From: Chloroflexota bacterium
Lineage (GTDB): Bacteria > Chloroflexota > Dehalococcoidia > Lucifugimonadales > VXLM01
Length of the DNA stretch: 49,519 bases
Assembly (NCBI GenBank): GCA_026713145.1
Contig: JAPOPA010000355.1
Span: forward strand, 1 to 49,519
Direction: 5' to 3'
Shown: piece after piece, positions 41,935 through 49,519 of the stretch
How the letters are laid out: each line of letters starts with the position of its first letter
Numbering within the stretch: position 1 is the stretch's first letter
Translations under genes and position numbers: made by a program
The notes under the pieces: model-generated
Database searches by the model: none
Seen by the model: only the letters and a program-made list of their open reading frames with translations
What the model was told of the DNA's origin: nothing

Positions 41935-43551
41935 CTATTGAGCAATCCAGGCAATCATTGATTCCCATTCGGGACTATTCGTGAGACGGGTCACCCTCGA
42001 TCCATCCGCCATCATGACGTATAGCTCTCTGTTTCCGTCTCGGTAGGAGTCGAATGCTATCCATTGACTGTCAGGCGACCAGAAGGGCGATCGATCACTG
42101 TGGTCGGACTTATTGGTAAGTCGTGTCACATCCGACCCGTCGGCGTTCATCACATATATGTGAGAGAACTGCTCGTTTATGTGAGAGAACTGCTTCTTGC
42201 CTTCGGATGTGAACGCGATCAGTCGACCGGCGGGCGACCACGATGGTGCGTAATCTCGCTCAGACCTGTTCGTGAGACGTGTCACGTTCGTTCCGTCCGA
42301 GTTCATGACGTATATCTCCGCGTTTCCGTCACGATACGAGGTGAACAACATTCTCCGACCATCGGGTGACCAATCGAGTTCACTAACGTCGTCCGGATGG
42401 TCGGCGAGGCGTGTCATACCGGACCCATCGACATTCATCACGTATATTTCTCTATTTCCGTCTCGGCTGGCAACAAACGCTATATGGTTGCCGTCGGGCG
42501 ACCAGTCTGGGGAATGGACGTAACCGTACTCCGTGTCGTGCGTGAGTTGCGTCCTGCCCGATCCATCAGCGTTCATCACGTACAGGTTTCCCTTTGCTTT
42601 AATCACAATTCGGCGTCCGTCGGGGGATACGTCAGACCACCTTTCATAGGCATCCGGGAAGGCATCCGGGAGCTTTATGGCTCCCGTCCCGCCAAGTTTC
42701 ATGGTGTAGATTTCAAGTACTTCCTCTCCCATGAGCCTAAACACTAGTCGGCCGCGTAACGCACCTTCACCACAATAGAACGCGAGGCCAAGATCTGTAG
42801 GGAGGGTTTGGCCTAGATACTCCAAACTATCGGGAATACACCCCGTCAATTGGTTTCCTCGAAGATACAACTCCGTAAGATTTGCTAGGTAGCCTAACTC
42901 CATTGGAAACTCACCGCTCAATTGGTTCGATGAGAGGTTCAGACCAGTAAGTTCAGTGAGGTTACCCAGTGCCGGGGGTATCTCACCGCGAAGATGGTTC
43001 CTTGAGAGGTTGATTTCTCGTAAGTTGTAAAGCTTGCCTAGTTTGGAAGGTATCTCGCCACTTAAACCATTCTCATGGAGTCTAAGCGATTCCAAAATCG
43101 GGAGGGAGCTCAGTTCAGAAGGAATTCCGCCAATCAGGCTGTTCTTTGAGAGGTCGAGGACAGTCAGGTTGGACAAGTTAAGTATCTCCGGCGGAAGATA
43201 GCCAATTAGCAAGTTTCCGGGGAGTTCCAATCTTGACAGGTAAGGAAGGTCTCCCAGCTCGGACGGTATCTCTCCGATCAGCCCATTCTCTGAGAGAATC
43301 AACTGGGTGACACGACCTTCGTCTTCAGTTGTGACCCCGTACCATTCACCTATCGGCTTGTCGCTCAGCCAGTTGTCACTATGTTTCCAGCCAATCCCGT
43401 TAGTAGAGTTGTAAAGTGTGACCAGAACGGTCCTGTCAGCAATACTGGACAGGGTTGATGGCTCAGGGTATTGCGTCGGCGACTCCGAGCATGTCGCAAG
43501 CGCGACGACTGCGAAGGCGAACAACAGCGGAAGAATCAGTCGGTTAGTCAT
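41935..43551 (-). CDS. Secreted/lipoprotein fusion of plant-type leucine-rich repeats with a PD40/TolB-like beta-propeller
   Basis: 538-aa ORF. Signal 'LLFAFAVVALATCSES', cap 'LVTLYNSTNGIGWKHSDNWLSDKPIGEWYGVT', and about 7 repeats of 24 aa 'L..L.L..N.L.GEIP.ELG.L'. These are followed by repeated 'SPDG..IAF.S.RDGN.EIYVMN.DGS..TRLT'. The LRR half is visibly AT-richer. Confidence 0.85.
   Translation of the reverse strand: MTNRLILPLLFAFAVVALATCSESPTQYPEPSTLSSIADRTVLVTLYNSTNGIGWKHSDNWLSDKPIGEWYGVTTEDEGRVTQLILSENGLIGEIPSELGDLPYLSRLELPGNLLIGYLPPEILNLSNLTVLDLSKNSLIGGIPSELSSLPILESLRLHENGLSGEIPSKLGKLYNLREINLSRNHLRGEIPPALGNLTELTGLNLSSNQLSGEFPMELGYLANLTELYLRGNQLTGCIPDSLEYLGQTLPTDLGLAFYCGEGALRGRLVFRLMGEEVLEIYTMKLGGTGAIKLPDAFPDAYERWSDVSPDGRRIVIKAKGNLYVMNADGSGRTQLTHDTEYGYVHSPDWSPDGNHIAFVASRDGNREIYVMNVDGSGMTRLADHPDDVSELDWSPDGRRMLFTSYRDGNAEIYVMNSDGTNVTRLTNRSERDYAPSWSPAGRLIAFTSEGKKQFSHINEQFSHIYVMNADGSDVTRLTNKSDHSDRSPFWSPDSQWIAFDSYRDGNRELYVMMADGSRVTRLTNSPEWESMIAWIAQ
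42157..42198 (-). repeat. In-frame 21-nt tandem duplication inside the PD40 region
   Basis: 42157-42177 and 42178-42198 match at 19 of 21 positions. The duplication encodes QFSHINE|QFSHIYV. Confidence 0.8.
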
Positions 43552-43758
43552 CTGAGAATATCGTTAGTAGTTTGCTAGCTTACAAATTACGCCTCCGTTT
43601 AGCACTATGCAAGGTGCTTTGCGGGGTTCCACTGCAGACAAATTGCGCTATGGATCCGCGAATCGGAGTTGAGGCTGAGAGCAACTCTTGTGGCGAGGTC
43701 GTATGGTAGAGTGAGGCGATAGCCTGACGGAATATCTTGCCTCGGAGGAGGGGCGTAT

Positions 43759-45090
<1,332 letters not shown>

Positions 45091-45372
45091 CGGGAAACGA
45101 GGGAGATTCGGCGGAAAAGAGAGGAGCCCCGCCGAAGCGAACTCCGGCGAGGCTCGGGTTAGGGAAGTGTCACGATGAACACCTACCCGTGACACCCCCT
45201 ACTGCTACTATCCAACGAAGCACCTCCTTTCTTCAGAGACCCACCGCGTAGACTTTCTTCCACCACCCAGTCTCCTAAGGCCAATTATATCGATTGGCGG
45301 GGGGAAGTCAAAGCGGTCTTGGGTGACACAGACGGGGCCGTGACTATTCGGGGAGTCCACACAAAACCCAGC

Positions 45373-45754
45373 CTGTCATTTCGAGCGGAGCGAGAAATCT
45401 AAAATATATGGCCGCAATGAAAGACAGGCAATACTACGTCTACATCCTGACCAACGCAACCAGAACGCTCTATGTCGGCGTAACCAACGATCTCGAAAGG
45501 AGGATGTACGAACATAAGAACAAAATTGTGCCTAGTTTTACGAGCAAGTACAACGTCAGTTGGCTCGCCTACTATGAGCAGACCTCTGATGTAGAGTCTG
45601 CGATAGAGAGGGAAAAGGAGATCAAGGGCTGGCGGCGCAGCAAGAAGGTCGCACTCATAGAGTCATCAAACCCTAGATGGAAGGACTTGTCACTGGACTG
45701 GGGCTTTGACTTTCGGCAAGGATCTTAGATTCCTCGCGGTGCTCGGAATGACAG
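45373..45754 (+). mobile_element. Candidate minimal GIY-YIG cassette: 106-aa nuclease ORF bracketed by 28-bp imperfect inverted repeats
   Basis: The left repeat is CTGTCATTTCGAGCGGAGCGAGAAATCT (45373-45400). The right repeat (45727-45754) has the reverse complement CTGTCATTCCGAGCACCGCGAGGAATCT. They match at 23 of 28 positions, counted by hand. The repeats begin 7 nt before the ATG and overlap the stop codon. The patch is AT-richer. I could not identify target-site duplications. Confidence 0.4.
45408..45728 (+). CDS. GIY-YIG (URI-domain) nuclease family protein
   Basis: 106-aa ORF. 'YYVYILTNATRTLYVGVTNDLERRMYEHKN...EREKEIKGWRRSKKVALI'. Confidence 0.85.
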   Translation: MAAMKDRQYYVYILTNATRTLYVGVTNDLERRMYEHKNKIVPSFTSKYNVSWLAYYEQTSDVESAIEREKEIKGWRRSKKVALIESSNPRWKDLSLDWGFDFRQGS

Positions 45755-45859
45755 TGGGGCGCGTTTAGGTATGACAAGCATGATTGGGGAACGCACCGTC
45801 TACCAAACCGGGTCAGACATCAATAGTGAATCGGTAAATCCACGGCGGAGGTGAGCGCA

Positions 45860-46225
45860 ATGATTCGCGGACTGGCAGGGGTCATCATCTGGACGGACGA
45901 CTTGCCCAGGATGGTCGAATTCTACCGGGACACGCTTGGGCTAACGCCTAATTCGGAGCGACCTCACTTCGTCTCGTTCAAGTGGGGGAGAGTCAAGCTC
46001 GGCATTGGGAAGCACTCCGGCGTCAAGGGAGCGTCTGGCGACCCTTACCGGGTGATGGTGAACCTTGACGTGGAGGATATCCACGCCGCGCATGGGCGGC
46101 TGTCCAACGCGGGAGCGACCATCATTCGTCCGCCGGAGCGCGAGCACTGGGGCGGTTGGGTGTGCACCTTCACCGACCCGGACGGGAATATTCTGCAACT
46201 GTTGGAGCAGCCTAACCGTGGCTAG
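45860..46225 (+). CDS. VOC/glyoxalase-family protein
   Basis: 'GLAGVIIWTDDLPRMVEFYRDTLGL...FTDPDGNILQL'. ATG 45860 lies 8 nt after GGAGG (the track start is GTG 45851). Confidence 0.75.
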   Translation: MIRGLAGVIIWTDDLPRMVEFYRDTLGLTPNSERPHFVSFKWGRVKLGIGKHSGVKGASGDPYRVMVNLDVEDIHAAHGRLSNAGATIIRPPEREHWGGWVCTFTDPDGNILQLLEQPNRG

Positions 46226-46947
46226 CCGGTCTCGCCCCTGGCAGCCTCCAGCGCGGTGACACCGATTTCGTAGATCATGTCGTCGAGGGTGAAGCCGACC
46301 ATGACATCGGCGGCCATCAGCCTGCCCGCCCCGTGGACGGCATCGCTAACGGTCTTCTCGAATTCCATGACCTTCGGATGCTCGCCCTGACCGGGGAGTC
46401 CGAGCGACTGGGCGATGTCCTGCGCGCCGGACATGAAGAAGTCGATGCCTTCCACAGAGAGGATGCCATCGAGATCGTCGAGTACGGCAACGTCTTCGAG
46501 CTGGGCGATGACGACGACGTTCTCGTTGAAGTGCTTCATGTACTCGGTCCGGGAGGCGTTCTGTCCGAAGTGGCTGCCGCGACCGGAGCCGAAGCTGCGA
46601 TGGCCTTCGGGCACGTAGCGGCATGCGTCCGCTAGTGCCTGGGCCTGCTCCCTCGTGTTGATGTGTGGGCCCATAATGCCCATGATGCCGCGGTCGAGGA
46701 AGCGGAGTATGGTCGAGTGATGGATGTTGGGAACGCGAGCCATGGGGGTCAGGCCGACGGCGTCGCTGGCCCGGGCCATCTCCTCGATGTCGGCGGTGGT
46801 GAACGGCCCGTGCTCGGAGTCGAACATTACGAAATCGAATCCGATCTGGCCCATCATTTCGACGATGGTGGCGGACGGGAATCTTATTGTGAAGCCGACG
46901 GGCTTTTGGCCGGCCGCTATCTTGGTGACGACGTTATTCGTGCGCAT
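46222..46947 (-). CDS. HpcH/HpaI-family aldolase (2-keto-3-deoxy-acid aldolase)
   Basis: 241-aa ORF. 'GFDFVMFDSEHGP' and 'ARVP.......ILRFLDRGIMGIMGPHI.T.EQA', 'EDV' blocks. Confidence 0.85.
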   Translation of the reverse strand: MRTNNVVTKIAAGQKPVGFTIRFPSATIVEMMGQIGFDFVMFDSEHGPFTTADIEEMARASDAVGLTPMARVPNIHHSTILRFLDRGIMGIMGPHINTREQAQALADACRYVPEGHRSFGSGRGSHFGQNASRTEYMKHFNENVVVIAQLEDVAVLDDLDGILSVEGIDFFMSGAQDIAQSLGLPGQGEHPKVMEFEKTVSDAVHGAGRLMAADVMVGFTLDDMIYEIGVTALEAARGETG

Positions 46948-47028
46948 GCGTAACCTCGCAAATGGGGTGCGGGTATTGTAGGCGAGCGTCGTCGCATGGA
47001 CAATACGGAGTGATCAGGAGAACGAACG

Positions 47029-48120
47029 CTACGCCCCGATGCCCACCTTCGGCAGCGACGCCTTGACGGCACCGAGCATGTCCTCTATCTCCTCGGGGGT
47101 AACGTAGCCGAGGTGGCCAATTCGGAACATCTTGCCGGTCAGTTCACCGTACGCGCCCGCGAGGACGACGTCGTGGTCGTCGAGGACGACCTTGCGTAGA
47201 TCGTCGGCGTTGACACCGCCGGGCATTCTGACGGATGTGACGGTGTTGGACGCGACTCTCTCGTCGGGAAAGACTTCGAGGCCGAGCTCGCGGATGCCGT
47301 CGCGTGTCATCTGCGCGATGTCGGCGTGGCGCTGCCAGACGTTTTCGACACCCTCGTCGATGATCTTCGTGAGGGCGTAGTCGAGGGCGTAGATGGCGGA
47401 GAGGTTGGGCGTCCAGGGCGGCTGGCCGATGTCGAAGTAGTCCTTGTACGCCGCTAGGTCGAAGTAGAAGCGGGGCATGGTCGAGTTCGCGTTGGCCTCC
47501 CATGCGCGCTCGCTCATGCTGATGAAGGCCAGGCCGGGCGGGAGCATCCAGCCCTTTTGCGAGGCCGTTGCCACCACGTCGAGGTCCCAGTCGTCGGTCT
47601 CCAGCGGCAGGGAGCACACGCTGCTGATGCCGTCCACCAAGATGAGCTTGTCGAACTCATTTTTGACGACGGAAGCTACCCGTTCGATGTCATTGGTGAC
47701 GCCGGTGTTCGTCTCATTGTGGGTTACGAGGACAGCGGAGATCTCCGGGTCGCCGTCGAGGACGCGGCGGAGCTCGTCAACCTCGACTGCAGTGCCCTGG
47801 GGGAAGTTCACCATCGTGACATCGGCACCGAAATTCTGTGCGATCTTGCCGAAGCGGTCGCCGAAGGAGCCTATCGAGGCGCACACGACCTTCTCGCCCG
47901 GAGACAGGGTGTTGACGATCGCGGCCTCCATCGCGCCGGTGCCCGACGATGTCAGGACGTACACGTCGTTCTTGGTGCGGAACACCTGCCGGAGCCCGTC
48001 GGTGACGCGGAGGAGCATCTCCTTGAAACGTGGTCCCCGGTGATTCATCATCTGTGTCGACATCTTGTCGAGAATGTCTTCGGGGACGGGTATCGGGCCG
48101 GGAATTCGCAGGTTAGTCAT
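47029..48120 (-). CDS. Class-V aminotransferase (serine-pyruvate / alanine-glyoxylate type)
   Basis: 363-aa ORF. 'IPGPIPVPEDIL..M......HRGP.F', 'TSSGTGAMEAAI', 'THNETNTGV', and the 'ASQKG' PLP-lysine region. Confidence 0.85.
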   Translation of the reverse strand: MTNLRIPGPIPVPEDILDKMSTQMMNHRGPRFKEMLLRVTDGLRQVFRTKNDVYVLTSSGTGAMEAAIVNTLSPGEKVVCASIGSFGDRFGKIAQNFGADVTMVNFPQGTAVEVDELRRVLDGDPEISAVLVTHNETNTGVTNDIERVASVVKNEFDKLILVDGISSVCSLPLETDDWDLDVVATASQKGWMLPPGLAFISMSERAWEANANSTMPRFYFDLAAYKDYFDIGQPPWTPNLSAIYALDYALTKIIDEGVENVWQRHADIAQMTRDGIRELGLEVFPDERVASNTVTSVRMPGGVNADDLRKVVLDDHDVVLAGAYGELTGKMFRIGHLGYVTPEEIEDMLGAVKASLPKVGIGA

Positions 48121-48155
48121 TGGTTCTCCTTAGCGCGATTCATGCCTCAACGATT

Positions 48156-49091
48156 CTAGCACGGCGGGGCACTCTCTAGGATTTTCCTTGTGTCCGCCAC
48201 GTCTCTATTGATCTGCTCCAGCAGGGTCTCGACTGAGTCGAACTTGACCTGATCGCGGAGCCGCCGCACGAACTCGAGGCGAAGCGTCTCCCCATAGAGA
48301 CTGCCGTCGAAGTCCAGGATGAACGGTTCGATGGTACGGTGTTGGCCGCCGAACGTGGGGTTATTCCCAATGCTCACGGCAGCCTTCAACCTATGATCGT
48401 CCAGATGGACAAAGGCCGCGTATATGCCGTCTCCGGGCACGGCCATTTCGTGTGGGGGTGCCATGTTTGCGGTCGGGATACCAATCCCGCCACCTCTGCC
48501 TTCACCCGATACCACACTGCCCTCTAAAGTGAACCGACGGCCCAGCAGGTCAGCGACTCGCTGCACGTCCCCTTCGCTGAGGGCAGCGCGGACAGTAGTA
48601 CTACGGACGGTCTCTCCGCTAGCTTCCTTCAGTCCATCGACGACCTTAAGAGTGAAGCCCATCTCGACACCGAGCTTCGACAGGCGCTCGATGGTGCCTT
48701 CACGTTTGCGGCCCATGGCAAAGTCGGGCCCGACGACCAAGCTCACCATCCGCAAATGCTCTTGTAGGAGCGAGATGAACTCCTCAGCAGACAGATCCGC
48801 CAGAGCACGGTCGAAGGTGATCGGAACGGCGAGGTCGATGTTAGTCTCGTTTAGCAGGTCGAGCCTTTCTTGAAACGACGTGAGATACTGTGCCTGAAAG
48901 CTGGGGCTGAGCACGGCGGCGGGATGCTCTCGGAATGTCACAACACCGGCCAGGAGTCCGTTTGACGAGGCCTCGTCTAAGAGCTGCGATATGAGGTGGG
49001 TGTGGCCTCGATGAACGCCGTCGAAAACGCCGATGGTAAGGGCAGTGTCGCCCCGGACGGCAATGGCCCCCAACTCGTCGCCGATCGACAT
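48156..49091 (-). CDS. ribF: Bifunctional riboflavin kinase / FMN adenylyltransferase
   Basis: 311-aa ORF. 'ALTIGVFDGVHRGH', 'GFTL', 'G.GRGG.IGIPTAN' and 'PTFGG......E.FILDF.G.LYG' motifs. Confidence 0.9.
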   Translation of the reverse strand: MSIGDELGAIAVRGDTALTIGVFDGVHRGHTHLISQLLDEASSNGLLAGVVTFREHPAAVLSPSFQAQYLTSFQERLDLLNETNIDLAVPITFDRALADLSAEEFISLLQEHLRMVSLVVGPDFAMGRKREGTIERLSKLGVEMGFTLKVVDGLKEASGETVRSTTVRAALSEGDVQRVADLLGRRFTLEGSVVSGEGRGGGIGIPTANMAPPHEMAVPGDGIYAAFVHLDDHRLKAAVSIGNNPTFGGQHRTIEPFILDFDGSLYGETLRLEFVRRLRDQVKFDSVETLLEQINRDVADTRKILESAPPC

Positions 49092-49281
49092 TCAACACCT
49101 GTTTGGGACTGCTTGACGGCTCATCGCCGCACCAAAAAACGATGCTAGCATGGGGGTATGGGAGCGTCAAGAAGAGCGGACAAGAAAGGACTCAGCTTTC
49201 ACTGTGATCCCTGCGACCTCCATTGCGTTACGAACTGCGTCCCAGACTGCTGTGATCTCCCCGACTTCTCAGGGTGCCCAC

Positions 49282-49290
49282 TGATATAAT
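49282..49290 (+). promoter_or_regulatory. Candidate extended -10 promoter element (TGATATAAT)
   Basis: A perfect TGnTATAAT lies 38 nt upstream of the ATG at 49329. The -35 is weak. Confidence 0.3.
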
Positions 49291-49328
49291 CGAAACTGAA
49301 GTCAGCCATTTCAACGCTGGAGTCATGA

Positions 49329-49519
49329 ATGCTCTCTATCGATTTCGAGACCTACACATTGTCCAACGGACTGGACGTGATACTTCACCGGGACGACTCT
49401 CTGCCCATGGTGGCATCGAATCTGTGGTACCACGTCGGGTCGAAGGACGAACAGCCGGGACGAACGGGGATCGCGCACCACTTCGAGCACACCATGTTCG
49501 AGGGGTCGGCGGACACCAC
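49329..49519 (+). CDS. M16 (pitrilysin/insulinase) family zinc peptidase, 5' fragment running off the window
   Basis: My own translation gives MLSIDFETYTLSNGLDVILHRDDSLPMVASNLWYHVGSKDEQPGRTGIAHHFEHTMFEGSADT, which contains the inverted zincin motif HxxEH. GGAG lies 6 nt upstream. It is absent from the ORF track because no stop is reached. Confidence 0.8.
   Translation, partial: MLSIDFETYTLSNGLDVILHRDDSLPMVASNLWYHVGSKDEQPGRTGIAHHFEHTMFEGSADT

Overview
This is a 49.5-kb, visibly GC-rich bacterial chromosomal segment with dense coding and about 45 supportable CDS. Most are on the minus strand. I recognised no rRNA, tRNA, CRISPR array, transposase or integrase. Housekeeping anchors are pnp-rpsO, dapB, rplY/ctc, maf-tatA/B-tatC, ffh and ribF. 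The rest is mostly metabolic: amidohydrolases, a TPP enzyme, an aldo/keto reductase, an enolase-superfamily enzyme, phosphonoacetate hydrolase, an amidase, a Gfo/Idh/MocA oxidoreductase, malate synthase, an HpcH aldolase and a class-V aminotransferase. The gene content, together with the many '..ACG(S/E/D)' lipoprotein signals followed by Pro/Thr linkers, suggests a marine Chloroflexota-like (SAR202-like) genome. That is inference only.

The features most worth a second look are:
- A 10-kb co-directional block (20.3-30.2 kb) of seven genes with no assignable function. It contains two lipoprotein paralogues, a DUF1800/DUF1501 pair lacking export signals, two TM/Pro-rich/OB-like paralogues and an NHL propeller.
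- Small AT-richer islets, each carrying a nuclease or DNA-binding gene. One holds an HNH endonuclease with a possible Trypco2-like N-terminus. One holds an RHH protein with a promoter-overlapping palindrome. One holds a GIY-YIG gene bracketed by 28-bp inverted repeats, and there is a decayed second GIY-YIG copy.
- A neighbourhood of eukaryote-like repeat proteins: Kelch, WD40, and a plant-type LRR fused to PD40/TolB.

Functional calls come from reading motifs in the supplied translations. No database search was possible.
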